Positions 1 to 10,145 are shown, counted from the stretch's first letter. The stretch is 32,000 bases of DNA from Pseudomonas aeruginosa (GCF_001457615.1 NZ_LN831024.1:2430001-2462000), one strand, 5' to 3'. Made by a program: numbers and translations. The notes: generated by a model not told the origin, from the sequence alone.

Positions 1-593
1 GGCACGAACGCCAGGCACAGGCCGAGGCCGGCGAGGTACTGCAGGGGCAGGGTGCCCAGCGGGTTCTCGCGGATGCCCTTCTGCATGATCGAGCCGCCGG
101 TGACGCCGGCCAGCGCCAGCAGTGCGCAGAGGATGCCGGCCGTGGACATCCCGGCCAGGCCGATGCCCTGGTAGACCACCAGCACCAGGCCGGCCAGGCC
201 CAGCAGCAGGCCGAACAGGCGCGCCGGCGACTGCCGGCGTTCGAGGATGACGGCGGTGAGGATCGGTTGCACGCCGAGGATGGTCGCCATCATGCCGGGA
301 GTGACCTGCAGCTTCAGCGAGAAGATATAGAAGATCGGATAGATCCCCAGCATCACCAGGCCGGTGAGCAGGGCCTTGCCGCGCTCACGCGCGCTGCGCG
401 GCGCGCGCAGCCTGAGCAGCGGGGCGAGCGGCAGCAGGCAGGCCAGGGCGATGCCGAAGCGGAACACCAGGAAGGCGAACGGCGAGGAGTGCGCCAGGCC
501 CCATTTCGAGGCGATGGCCCCGCTGCTCCAGAGCAGGACGAAGAGGCTGGTGCTGGCCAGGCCGGCTAGCGCGGATTTGTTCAGTGCAAACAT
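1..593 (-). CDS. EamA/DMT-family permease, 3' end truncated by window start
   Basis: Reverse-strand open frame from CAT at 591-593: MFALNKSALAGLASTSLFVLLWSSGAIASKWGLAHSSPFAFLVFRFGIALACLLL...; repeated hydrophobic helices typical of drug/metabolite transporters; no stop before window edge. Confidence 0.8.
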   Translation of the reverse strand, partial: MFALNKSALAGLASTSLFVLLWSSGAIASKWGLAHSSPFAFLVFRFGIALACLLPLAPLLRLRAPRSARERGKALLTGLVMLGIYPIFYIFSLKLQVTPGMMATILGVQPILTAVILERRQSPARLFGLLLGLAGLVLVVYQGIGLAGMSTAGILCALLALAGVTGGSIMQKGIRENPLGTLPLQYLAGLGLCLAFV

Positions 594-1012
594 GGATCTG
601 CCACCTTGTAGTCGGGCATGCCGCGGGCTCGGGCCGGCGGCGGACGGCACGCCTCGGCAGCGGATGGCGCTGCTTGCGGCGGGCTGTGGAAGAGAGTTGG
701 GGCGCTACCGCGCTCGTCAGGGACTGACGCCCGGCGGCGGGCAGGCGGCCGAACCGGGAGGGGGAGGCGGAGGCGAGGCGACTACAGGAGGGGAAACGCA
801 GCCCAGGCTGGCGCACGGCTGGAGCGCGCCGACCTCGCCGGTGGCTACCGGAAGGGCGGGGAGCGAGCTGTGCGAGCGCTGGTTCATGGAGGCTATCCGG
901 TCGATGAAGACAACGAGAGGGACTATAGCGGGCCGTCCGGGATTTGACGAGCCTGTGGGCGAGCCTTGCGCTAAAACGCCAGCCCGGCGACAAACCGGGC
1001 CGGCGCCGGGCT

Positions 1013-2104
1013 TCACTTGCCGGTCTTCACCGTGTTCCAGGTGCGCGTGCGCACGCGGTCGATCTTCTGCGGCATGGATTCCAGGGCGAACAGCTTGGCC
1101 ATCTTCTCCTGCGGCGGGTAGATCGCCGGGTCGGTCTTGATCTCGGCGTCCACCAGCGGGTCGGCGGCCAGGTTGCCGTTGGCGTAGTGCACATGGTTGC
1201 TGATCGCGGCCATCACCTCGGGACGCAGCAGGTAGTTCATGAAGGCGTAGCCGGCCTTCTCGTCGGGCGCATCGACCGGCATCGAGACCATGTCGAACCA
1301 CAGCGGCGAGCCTTCCTTCGGCGTCGAGTAGCGCACTTCCACGCCGTTGTTGGCCTCCTTGGCGCGGGTCGCGGCCTGCAGGATGTCGCCGGAGAAACCG
1401 ACCACCATGCAGATCTCGCCGTTGGCCAGGTCGCTGACGTACTTCGAGGAGTGGAAGTAGCGGATGTACGGGCGCACCTTCAGCAACGCCGCCTGGGCCT
1501 GCTTGTAGTCGTCGGCCTTCTGGCTGTGGTGTGGCAGGCCGAGGTAGTTGAGGGTGATGGGCAGCAGCTCGGGGCCGTTGTCCAGCACCGCCACCCCGCA
1601 CTTGCTCAGTTTCTGCATGTATTCGGGCTTGAAGAAGATATCCCAGGAGTCCAGCGGCGCGTCGTCGCCGAGCACCGCCTTGATCTTCGCCGGGTTGTAG
1701 CCGATGCCGGTGGTGCCCCAGAGGTAGGGGAAGCCGTACTGGTTGCCCGGATCGTTGACCTCCAGGGCCTTGAGCAGCACCGGGTTGAGGTTCTTCCAGT
1801 TGGGCAACTGGGACTTGTCCAGCTTCTTCAGGGCGCCGGCCTGGATCTGCTTGGCCATGAAGTGGTTCGACGGGAATACCACGTCGTAGCCGGATTGGCC
1901 GGTCATCAGCTTGCCGTCGAGGGTCTCGTTGCTGTCGTAGACGTCGTAGGTGGCCTGGATGCCGGTTTCCTTGGCGAAGTTCGCCACGGTTTCGGGAGCG
2001 ATGTATTCGGACCAGTTGTAGATCTTCAGGTTGTCCGCGGCGAGGGTTGCGCCGCTGCCGCAAGCGAGGGCGAGGAGGGTGAGGGAAGCGATGCGGGTCT
2101 TCAT
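1013..2104 (-). CDS. Periplasmic polyamine (spermidine/putrescine)-binding protein, PotF/SpuD-like
   Basis: 363 aa from MKTRIASLTLLALACGSGATLAAD (signal peptide) followed by NLKIYNWSEYIAPETVANFAKETGIQATYDVYDSNETLDGKLMTGQSGYDVVFPSNHF, characteristic of PotF-type binding proteins. The longer ORF start upstream (2272) precedes the signal peptide and is unlikely. Confidence 0.93.
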   Translation of the reverse strand: MKTRIASLTLLALACGSGATLAADNLKIYNWSEYIAPETVANFAKETGIQATYDVYDSNETLDGKLMTGQSGYDVVFPSNHFMAKQIQAGALKKLDKSQLPNWKNLNPVLLKALEVNDPGNQYGFPYLWGTTGIGYNPAKIKAVLGDDAPLDSWDIFFKPEYMQKLSKCGVAVLDNGPELLPITLNYLGLPHHSQKADDYKQAQAALLKVRPYIRYFHSSKYVSDLANGEICMVVGFSGDILQAATRAKEANNGVEVRYSTPKEGSPLWFDMVSMPVDAPDEKAGYAFMNYLLRPEVMAAISNHVHYANGNLAADPLVDAEIKTDPAIYPPQEKMAKLFALESMPQKIDRVRTRTWNTVKTGK

Positions 2105-2302
2105 TGTTGTAGGTGTCCTGTCGGCTGACGACAGCGTCGGCGACGGACTGGTTCGCCGCCGGCGCTCAGGGGGCGCCGGCAACGCTGGCCGGCACCCGGG
2201 TTTTATCCCGCGTTGCCGGAAGCGAGGAAAGGGGCGGCTTTTACCTGCGGGCCCGCAGACAGGCGCCGGCACCGCAGCGGGGCGTCGCTCCGCCCGCCTG
2301 CC

Positions 2303-2938
2303 TCAACTCAGGGCGACCTTGACCCCGAGGGCGATCAGCAGGCCGCCGAGCAGCTTGTCCACCACCCCCTGGGCCCTGGCCAGGCCGCGGCGCACCACCG
2401 CGCTCTGGATCAGCACCACCAGCAGCGGCCACCAGAGTGCGGCGAGGCCGACGATGATGCCGGCGTACCAGAGCTTCTCGGCGAAGCTGGAGTCCAGGCT
2501 CAGCACCTGGGTGAACACGGCGAGGAAGAACAGCGTGGCCTTGGGGTTGAGCAGGTTGCACAGGTAGCCCTGGAGGAACGCGCTCCAGTGGCCGACGCGC
2601 TGCACGCCGCCGACCGCCAGGTCGAGCGTGCCGCCGCCGCGCGAGCGCAGGGCCTGGATGCCGATCCAGATCAGGTAGACCGCGCCGGTGTACTTCAGCG
2701 CGTTGAACAGCCACGGCGTGGTGGTGATCAGCACCGCCAGGCCGGCGACGCAGTAGGCCATGTGGGTGGCCACGCCGAGGATCACCCCCAGCGAGGTCAT
2801 CATCGCCGCCGAGCGCTGGTAGCGCGCCGCGTTGCGGATGATCAGGAAGAAGTCCGGGCCGGGCGAGAGCATGCCCAGGGTGGCGAGGGTGGCTACGAAG
2901 AGCGAGGTTTCCAGCATGATTCGATACGCCTGGCGCAA
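2303..2938 (-). CDS. LysE/RhtB-family amino acid exporter
   Basis: MLETSLFVATLATLGMLSPGPDFFLIIRNAARYQRSAAMMTSLGVILG... has the LysE/RhtB N-terminal SPGPDF/G motif and hydrophobic helices; start may be the internal Met at 2914. Confidence 0.88.
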   Translation of the reverse strand: MRQAYRIMLETSLFVATLATLGMLSPGPDFFLIIRNAARYQRSAAMMTSLGVILGVATHMAYCVAGLAVLITTTPWLFNALKYTGAVYLIWIGIQALRSRGGGTLDLAVGGVQRVGHWSAFLQGYLCNLLNPKATLFFLAVFTQVLSLDSSFAEKLWYAGIIVGLAALWWPLLVVLIQSAVVRRGLARAQGVVDKLLGGLLIALGVKVALS

Positions 2939-2975
2939 GGCGGCGCCGGTTCGCTGCGGCGCCGCGGGTCGGTGG

Positions 2976-3950
<975 letters not shown>

Positions 3951-4070
3951 GATGGTGTCCTTGTCGCATGGAGAAAGATCAATCAGCCTATTCCGCCCCC
4001 GCCCGCGCGTCCAGACGCGTTCGAACCAGCGGCGCGCCGCGCGTGTCCACTGTCCAGGAGGGCCGTACCG

Positions 4071-5156
4071 ATGAAGAAACGCTATGCCATTCCCCTGGGC
4101 AGCCTGGCGGCGCTGCTTCTGTTGTTGCTGGCGCTGCACCTGGCGCTGCCGTACCTGGTGCGCGACTACCTGAACGGCAAGCTGGCCGACATGGGCGACT
4201 ACCGTGGGCACATCGCCGACGTCGACCTGGCGCTCTGGCGCGGCGCGTATCGGATCGACGGGCTGAGCATCGTCAAGGACAACGGCAAGGTGCCGGTGCC
4301 GTTCCTCGACGCGCCGAGCATCGACCTGTCGGTGAGCTGGCAGGCGCTCTGGGATGATCACGCAGTAGTGGCGCGGGTGGTCTTCGAGCGTCCGCAGCTC
4401 AACTTCGTCGATGCCGGCGGCGACCGCGACGCCTCGCAGACCGGTGCCGGCACCGACTGGCGCGAGCAACTGGACAAGCTGCTGCCGATCACCCTCAACG
4501 AGGTGCGGGTGGTGGACGGCACCCTGCGTTTCCGCAACTTCACTTCGAAGCCGCCGGTGAACCTGCACGCCTCGGCGCTCAACGCCAGCATCTATAACCT
4601 GACCAACGTGGCCGACGCCCGGGGCGAGCGGCCGGCGCGTCTCGAAGGCACGGCGCGGATACTCGGCCAGGCGCCGCTGGAAGTGGCGGCGCATTTCGAC
4701 CCGCTGAGCGACTTCGAGGACTTCGACCTGCGCCTGCGGGTCACCCGCGTCGAGCTGAAGCGGCTCAACGACTTCGCCAGCGCCTATGGCAAGTTCGACT
4801 TCAATGCCGGCACCGGCGACCTGGTGCTGGAGGCCCAGGCTAAGCGCGGTCAGCTGGATGGCTACATCAAGCCGCTGCTGCGCGACGTGGACGTATTCAA
4901 CTGGCGGCAGGACGTGGAGGATGGCGACAAGAACCTGTTCCGCTCGGTGTGGGAGGCGCTGGTCGGCGGTGGCGAGACGGTGCTGAAGAACCAGCGCAAA
5001 GACCAGTTCGCAACCCGTGTGAGCCTGAGCGGTAATATCCACCAGCGGGACGTCAGCGCGTTCCAGGCGTTCCTCGGGATTCTCCGCAACGCGTTCGTCG
5101 AGGCGTTCAACGCTCGTTTCGAGCGTTCCCCGGCGACGCGCGACGACGACGGCTGA
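4071..5156 (+). CDS. DUF748/AsmA-like inner-membrane-anchored protein
   Basis: 361 aa: [72 protein letters not shown]...[18 protein letters not shown]; N-terminal TM helix and DUF748-like repeats; divergent from cysK. Confidence 0.82.
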   Translation: MKKRYAIPLGSLAALLLLLLALHLALPYLVRDYLNGKLADMGDYRGHIADVDLALWRGAYRIDGLSIVKDNGKVPVPFLDAPSIDLSVSWQALWDDHAVVARVVFERPQLNFVDAGGDRDASQTGAGTDWREQLDKLLPITLNEVRVVDGTLRFRNFTSKPPVNLHASALNASIYNLTNVADARGERPARLEGTARILGQAPLEVAAHFDPLSDFEDFDLRLRVTRVELKRLNDFASAYGKFDFNAGTGDLVLEAQAKRGQLDGYIKPLLRDVDVFNWRQDVEDGDKNLFRSVWEALVGGGETVLKNQRKDQFATRVSLSGNIHQRDVSAFQAFLGILRNAFVEAFNARFERSPATRDDDG

Positions 5157-5318
5157 AGACGCGGGCGGAACGGCGGGTCGCGAGGTGGCCGGGCATTCAG
5201 TGACTGAATGACCCGTCTGCGTTCACAGTGCGCTTGTCCCCGCGTTATAGTCGGGTTTTCAAACAATACTGAACTGCCCGGTTTTCCAGCCAGGGCGTTA
5301 CCGTTCGAGGATTTCCTG

Positions 5319-6164
5319 ATGAAGTTCGAAGGCACCCAGTCCTACGTCGCCACCGACGACCTCAAGCTCGCGGTCAACGCCGCCATCACCCTGCAGCGGC
5401 CGCTGCTGGTGAAGGGCGAACCGGGCACCGGCAAGACCATGCTCGCCGAGCAGCTGGCCGAGTCCTTCGGCGCCAAGCTGATCACCTGGCACATCAAGTC
5501 CACCACCAAGGCCCACCAGGGCCTCTACGAGTACGATGCGGTAAGCCGCCTGCGCGATTCGCAACTGGGCGTGGACAAGGTCCACGACGTGCGCAACTAC
5601 ATCAAGAAGGGCAAGCTCTGGGAGGCCTTCGAGGCCGAGGAGCGGGTGATCCTGCTGATCGACGAGATCGACAAGGCCGACATCGAGTTCCCCAACGACC
5701 TGTTGCAGGAACTCGACAAGATGGAGTTCTACGTCTACGAGACCAACGAAACCATCAAGGCGAAGCAGCGCCCGATCATCATCATCACCTCGAACAACGA
5801 GAAGGAACTGCCCGACGCCTTCCTGCGCCGCTGCTTCTTCCACTACATCGCCTTCCCCGACCGCGAGACGTTGCAGAAAATCGTCGACGTGCACTACCCG
5901 AACATCAAGCAGTCGCTGGTCAGCGAGGCGCTGGACATCTTCTTCGACGTGCGCAAGGTGCCCGGCCTGAAAAAGAAACCTTCGACTTCCGAGCTGGTCG
6001 ACTGGCTGAAGTTGCTGATGGCCGACGAGATCGGCGAAGCGGTGCTGCGCGAACGCGATCCGACCAAGGCGATCCCGCCGCTGGCCGGCGCCCTGGTGAA
6101 GAACGAGCAGGACGTGCAGCTTCTCGAGCGCCTGGCGTTCATGAGCCGCCGCGCCAGCCGCTGA
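5319..6164 (+). CDS. MoxR-family AAA+ ATPase
   Basis: 281 aa from MKFEGTQSYVATDDLKLAVNAAITLQRPLLVKGEPGTGKTMLAEQLAE (Walker A), VILLIDEIDKAD (Walker B), IIITSNNEKELPDAFLRRCFFHYI (sensor 1/Arg finger). Confidence 0.94.
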   Translation: MKFEGTQSYVATDDLKLAVNAAITLQRPLLVKGEPGTGKTMLAEQLAESFGAKLITWHIKSTTKAHQGLYEYDAVSRLRDSQLGVDKVHDVRNYIKKGKLWEAFEAEERVILLIDEIDKADIEFPNDLLQELDKMEFYVYETNETIKAKQRPIIIITSNNEKELPDAFLRRCFFHYIAFPDRETLQKIVDVHYPNIKQSLVSEALDIFFDVRKVPGLKKKPSTSELVDWLKLLMADEIGEAVLRERDPTKAIPPLAGALVKNEQDVQLLERLAFMSRRASR

Positions 6165-6170
6165 GTGCGT

Positions 6171-6194
6171 CGGCCCTTTCCGGGGAAAGGGCCG
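6171..6194 (+). other. Intergenic stem-loop (11-bp perfect stem, 2-nt loop)
   Basis: CGGCCCTTTCC-GG-GGAAAGGGCCG immediately after the MoxR stop codon; no downstream U-tract, so terminator function uncertain. Confidence 0.6.
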
Positions 6195-6228
6195 CGGGGC
6201 GGCACGCCAGACAGCGGAGGAACATCCC

Positions 6229-6624
6229 ATGCTCAGCGGAAGTTGCCTGTGCGGCGCGGTACGTTACGAGATCGACGCGCCCATCGAATCGGCCAGCCAT
6301 TGTCATTGCAGCCAGTGCCGCAAGGCCCACGGCGCGGCGTTCGCCACCTACGGCAAGGTGCGTCGCGAGGCGTTCCGCTATGTCGCCGGGGCGGACGCGG
6401 TGGCCGAATACCACTCGTCGCCAGGCGTCACCCGTACCTTTTGCCGCCACTGCGGATCGAACCTGCAGTGGCTCGGCGGCAACGAGGACCCGACGTACAC
6501 CTCGATCGCCCTCGGCACCCTCGACTCGCCGCTGCCGTCGGTAGCGCAGCGCCACATCTACGTGGGTTCGAAAGCCGACTGGTACGTCATCGCCGACGAC
6601 TTGCCGCAGGAACACCAATACTGA
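6229..6624 (+). CDS. GFA (glutathione-dependent formaldehyde-activating)-like zinc-binding protein
   Basis: 131 aa: MLSGSCLCGAVRYEIDAPIESASHCHCSQCRKAHGAAFATYG...FCRHCGSNLQW; CxC, CxCxxC and CxxC cysteine pattern of the GFA fold. Confidence 0.9.
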   Translation: MLSGSCLCGAVRYEIDAPIESASHCHCSQCRKAHGAAFATYGKVRREAFRYVAGADAVAEYHSSPGVTRTFCRHCGSNLQWLGGNEDPTYTSIALGTLDSPLPSVAQRHIYVGSKADWYVIADDLPQEHQY

Positions 6625-6672
6625 CCGGCGCCCGCGCGCCGGGATCAACGGACAACAGACGAGGTCGCAGCC

Positions 6673-7854
6673 ATGCTGCTCAACCTGTTCAACGAAATGC
6701 GCGCAGCCAAGGTGCCGGTGTCGGTGCGCGAGCTGCTCGACCTGATCGATGCCCTGAAGCACCGCGTGGTGTTCGCCGACATGGACGAGTTCTACTACCT
6801 GGCGCGCACCATCATGGTCAAGGACGAGCGCCACTTCGACAAGTTCGACCGGGCCTTCGGCGCCTACTTCAAGGGCCTGGAGAAGCTCGACGACCACCTC
6901 AAGGCGCTGATCCCCGAGGAATGGCTGCGCAAGGAATTCGAGCGCCTGCTGACCGACGAGGAAAAGGCGCAGATCCAGTCCCTCGGCGGCCTGGACAAGC
7001 TGATCGAAGAGTTCAAGAAACGCCTCGAGGAACAGAAGGAGCGCCATGCCGGCGGTAACAAGTGGATCGGTACCGGCGGTACCAGTCCGTTCGGCTCCGG
7101 CGGCTTCAACCCGGAGGGCGTCCGCGTCGGCGACGCCGGCAAGCGCCAGGGCAAGGCGGCCAAGGTCTGGGACCAGCGCGAATACAAGAACCTCGACGAC
7201 CAGGTCGAACTGGGTACGCGCAACATCAAGATCGCCCTGCGGCGCCTGCGCAAGTTCGCCCGTGAGGGCGCGGCGGAGGAGCTGGACATCGACGGCACCA
7301 TCGACCACACCGCGAAGGACGCCGGGCTGCTCAACATCCAGATGCGCCCGGAGCGGCGCAACACGGTGAAGCTGTTGCTGCTGCTGGACATCGGCGGCTC
7401 GATGGACGCCCACGTCAAGGTCTGCGAGGAGCTGTTCTCGGCCTGCAAGACCGAGTTCAAGCACCTGGAGTATTTCTACTTCCACAACTTCATCTACGAG
7501 TCGGTGTGGAAGAACAACCTGCGCCGCAGCAGCGAACGCACCGCCACCTTCGACCTGCTGCACAAGTACGGTCCGGACTACAAGGTGGTGTTCGTCGGCG
7601 ACGCGGCGATGGCGCCCTACGAAATCACCCAGGCCGGCGGCAGCGTCGAGCACTGGAACGAGGAAGCCGGTTACGTCTGGATGCAGCGCTTCATGGAGAA
7701 GTACAAGAAGCTCATCTGGATCAACCCCTATCCGAAGGACACCTGGAACTACACGGCGTCCACCGGCCTGGTCCGCGAACTGGTCAAGGAACAGATGTAT
7801 CCGTTGACCCTGAGCGGCCTGGAGGAGGGCATGCGCTTCCTCTCGCGCGGTTGA
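6673..7854 (+). CDS. VWA-domain (CoxE-like) protein, partner of MoxR ATPase
   Basis: 393 aa: MLLNLFNEMRAAKVPVSVRELLDLIDALKHRVVF...KLLLLLDIGGSMDAHVKVCEELFSACKTEFKHLEYFYFHNFIYESVW; DxGxS MIDAS motif (DIGGS) and CoxE-like organisation. Confidence 0.92.
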   Translation: MLLNLFNEMRAAKVPVSVRELLDLIDALKHRVVFADMDEFYYLARTIMVKDERHFDKFDRAFGAYFKGLEKLDDHLKALIPEEWLRKEFERLLTDEEKAQIQSLGGLDKLIEEFKKRLEEQKERHAGGNKWIGTGGTSPFGSGGFNPEGVRVGDAGKRQGKAAKVWDQREYKNLDDQVELGTRNIKIALRRLRKFAREGAAEELDIDGTIDHTAKDAGLLNIQMRPERRNTVKLLLLLDIGGSMDAHVKVCEELFSACKTEFKHLEYFYFHNFIYESVWKNNLRRSSERTATFDLLHKYGPDYKVVFVGDAAMAPYEITQAGGSVEHWNEEAGYVWMQRFMEKYKKLIWINPYPKDTWNYTASTGLVRELVKEQMYPLTLSGLEEGMRFLSRG

Positions 7855-7967
7855 GCCAACTGCCTGCGGGACCGGCGACAGGCGCGGCGGCACGCAACTT
7901 GCCTACCCTGTGTATCCCGTCCGCGCGGTAACAGCGCGGCGCGGCCACCGGTAACGATGGGCACGCC

Positions 7968-8987
7968 ATGATCGACTCGACCTTCTCCCGCGCCACCTGG
8001 CTCAACTCGCTGCACATGTCGACCCTCACTCTCTCGCTGCTGGAGAAGGAAGGGTTCGCCCGCGAGCAACTGCTCGAAGGCAGTGGCATCACCCCCGCCG
8101 ACCTGCTCGACCTGCGGCGCCTGATCAGCCCCTGGCAGGAGCAGCAGGTGTTCGCCAACGCCTGCCGGCTCAGCGACGAGCCGGCCCTCGGCCTGCGCCT
8201 GGGACTGCGCACGCGGATTTCCGCCTACGGCCTGCTCGGCTACGCGCTGCTCTCCGCGCCGACCCTCGGCGAGGCGCTGCGCATCGGCCTCAGCTATCCG
8301 GTCTTGCTCGGCACCTACTTCCACCTGTCGCTGGAAGTCGCCGACGGCCGCGCCTGGCTGGTGGCCACCGGCTACGGCGAGGACGAGGCGCTGCGGCCAT
8401 TCAACACCGAGCTTTGCCTGGGCTCGCTGAAGGTCACCTGCGCCGACCTGCTCGGCCAGCCGCTGCCCTTGCTGGAAGCGGCCTTCGACTATGCCGGCGA
8501 CGAGGCGATGGCGCGGGCCTACGCCGAGGGTTTCGCCTGCGAGTTGCACTTCGAACGCGAGCGCAGCGCCATCGGCTTCGCCGCCGAATGGCTGGAGCGC
8601 CCGTTGCCGCTGGCCGACCCGGTGACCCACCGGGAGATGCTGGAACAGTGCCGGCGGCAGAACATCGACCTGGCCGCGCGTCGTGCCTGGCTGGACAAGG
8701 TCCGGGCGATCCTCGCCGAGCGCTTGCAGGACCCGCCCGGCCTGGAGGAACTGGCCAGGCGCCTGAACTGTTCGTCGCGCAGCCTGCGCCGGCACCTTCA
8801 GCAGCAGCGCACCAGCTACCAGCAATTGCTCGACGAGTTGCGCTTCGCCCGCGCCAAGGAGTTGTTGCAGAGCGGCGACATGCCGATCTACCGGATCGCC
8901 GAGGAACTCGGCTTCAGCGAGACCGCCAGCCTGCGCCATGCCTTCCAGCGCTGGAGCGGCCAGCCGCCGAGCCATTTCCGCGCCTGA
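7968..8987 (+). CDS. AraC-family transcriptional regulator (Arabinose_bd N-terminal type)
   Basis: 339 aa: MIDSTFSRATWLNSLHMSTLTLSLLEKEGFAREQLLEGSGI...; C-terminal HTH ELARRLNCSSRSLRRHLQQQRTSYQQLLDELRFARAKELLQSGDMPIYRIAEELGFSETASLRHAFQRWSGQPPSHFRA. Confidence 0.94.
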   Translation: MIDSTFSRATWLNSLHMSTLTLSLLEKEGFAREQLLEGSGITPADLLDLRRLISPWQEQQVFANACRLSDEPALGLRLGLRTRISAYGLLGYALLSAPTLGEALRIGLSYPVLLGTYFHLSLEVADGRAWLVATGYGEDEALRPFNTELCLGSLKVTCADLLGQPLPLLEAAFDYAGDEAMARAYAEGFACELHFERERSAIGFAAEWLERPLPLADPVTHREMLEQCRRQNIDLAARRAWLDKVRAILAERLQDPPGLEELARRLNCSSRSLRRHLQQQRTSYQQLLDELRFARAKELLQSGDMPIYRIAEELGFSETASLRHAFQRWSGQPPSHFRA

Positions 8988-9002
8988 GCGCTCGCTCAGG
9001 CG
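8981..9002. terminator. Candidate bidirectional terminator hairpin
   Basis: CGCCTGAGCG-CT-CGCTCAGGCG, perfect 10-bp stem with 2-nt loop at the stop codons of the convergent araC-type gene and degraded ORF; lacks a clear T-tract. Confidence 0.5.
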
Positions 9003-9220
9003 GAGGGGCTGGTGTCGGCGTGGCGCCGTCGCCGTTCGTCCGCCACCTCGCCCAGGGATTTTGCCGCGCCGTCGCCAATCCAGGCCATGAAGGCACGATC
9101 GAAGCGGAAGTCGGCGCCGCACAGCCCGACGAGGAAGCGCCGTACGTCCTGGGCGTTGCGCTAGTCGCGGCACACTGCGGTGTCGCGGGTGATGGTGTCG
9201 CCGTGCCAGCCGAAGACCAT
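8996..9220 (-). pseudogene. Remnant of a small DUF6434-like protein interrupted by an in-frame TAG
   Basis: Reverse-strand reading gives MVFGWHGDTITRDTAVCRD*RNAQDVRRFLVGLCGADFRFDRAFMAWIGDGAAKSLGEVADERRRRHADTSPSA*; TAG is the complement of 9161-9163. The pattern resembles the small family with 'YRNTQNVRRFF...FRFDRxFMxWMK'. Confidence 0.62.
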
Positions 9221-9279
9221 CTGTCGTTTCTCTGCGCGCGCTGGAGCGGGCAGGCCAACGATGGCCTGCCCACGGGCCG

Positions 9280-9513
9280 TCAGGATGCCGGCTCTTCGAT
9301 CAGCCGGTCATAGGGCGGCAGGCCGCTGTATTGGCCCAGGGCTTGCTCGTAGGCGTTCTTCAGGTCGTCGGCGGCGAGGTCGTAGCCGACCAGCAACTGT
9401 TCGAGTTCAGCGGCGTTCTGCGGGTCGTCGTTCTGCAACTGCGCGTCGAGTTCGCGGGTGCGCGCGGCGACGCACTGGATCGCCACCATCAGGGTCTGGG
9501 GTTTCAGGTTCAT
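9280..9513 (-). CDS. tsi2: Type VI secretion immunity protein Tsi2
   Basis: 77 aa: MNLKPQTLMVAIQCVAARTRELDAQLQNDDPQNAAELEQLLVGYDLAADDLKNAYEQALGQYSGLPPYDRLIEEPAS, recognised as Tsi2; located directly 3' of tse2. Confidence 0.96.
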   Translation of the reverse strand: MNLKPQTLMVAIQCVAARTRELDAQLQNDDPQNAAELEQLLVGYDLAADDLKNAYEQALGQYSGLPPYDRLIEEPAS

Positions 9514-9522
9514 GGTTCACTC

Positions 9523-9999
9523 CTAGAGCCCGCGGGCTTTTTCCCATTGGCGGCGGATGGCGTTGCGCACGAAGTTGTCCAGTTGGCCCATGAGGACCTC
9601 CCGGTACATCGGCTTGGCCGGCATGATGGTGTAGTGGGTGGCTTGCAGGCGCTTGTTGTAGCTGTCCTGCTTCACCTTAAGGTCCGGCGGGATGTCGGTG
9701 CCGTCGGGTATCACGAAGTCGCCGTCGGCGCGGCGCAGCACGCCGGCGCGGTCGAACACCGAGGTGCCGCCGGTGTCCGGGGCGTAGAGGCCGTCGCGGC
9801 CGGCGACGATGTCCGGCGCGCGGGCGGGGACGCCAGGGGTGTTGGGGCTGTCGAAGGTCGGATGCAGCAGCGGGGCGACTTCCGCAGCCTCGGCGAGTTC
9901 CTTGTCGGGACGCAGGTAGCGACCGACGTCGCCGTCGTAGTTGGCCTTGAATACCGCCCGGTAGAGGGTGAGGCTGGTTTTCTCGTAGTCGTAGGACAT
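9523..9999 (-). CDS. tse2: Type VI secretion effector Tse2 (cytoplasmic-acting H1-T6SS toxin)
   Basis: 158 aa: MSYDYEKTSLTLYRAVFKANYDGDVGRYLRPDKELAEAAEVAPLLHPTFDSPNTPGVPARAPDIVAGRDGLYAPDTGGTSVFDRAGVLRRADGDFVIPDGTDIPPDLKVKQDSYNKRLQATHYTIMPAKPMYREVLMGQLDNFVRNAIRRQWEKARGL; start CAT at 9997-9999. Confidence 0.96.
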   Translation of the reverse strand: MSYDYEKTSLTLYRAVFKANYDGDVGRYLRPDKELAEAAEVAPLLHPTFDSPNTPGVPARAPDIVAGRDGLYAPDTGGTSVFDRAGVLRRADGDFVIPDGTDIPPDLKVKQDSYNKRLQATHYTIMPAKPMYREVLMGQLDNFVRNAIRRQWEKARGL

Positions 10000-10145
10000 G
10001 CGTGGACTTCCCTGTGGGTTGCGTTCGCGGCGCCGCGGGTGCGCGGCATCGCTACCGGCCACCGTCCTTGTGGCGCCATCGGCGAGCAGGATAACAGCCG
10101 TGGGCGGATCCGCCAGGGGCAGGCGACGACCGTCGCCCGGGAGGC

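Noticed and set aside
6139-7893. 584-aa reverse ORF opposite the GFA and VWA genes
   Set aside because: Low-complexity Val/His/Gln/Arg-rich composition typical of antisense frames in GC-rich DNA; the opposite strand encodes recognisable proteins.
7749-9173. 474-aa reverse ORF antisense to the araC-type gene
   Set aside because: No recognisable domain, antisense to a clear AraC HTH gene, Arg/Pro/Gly-rich.
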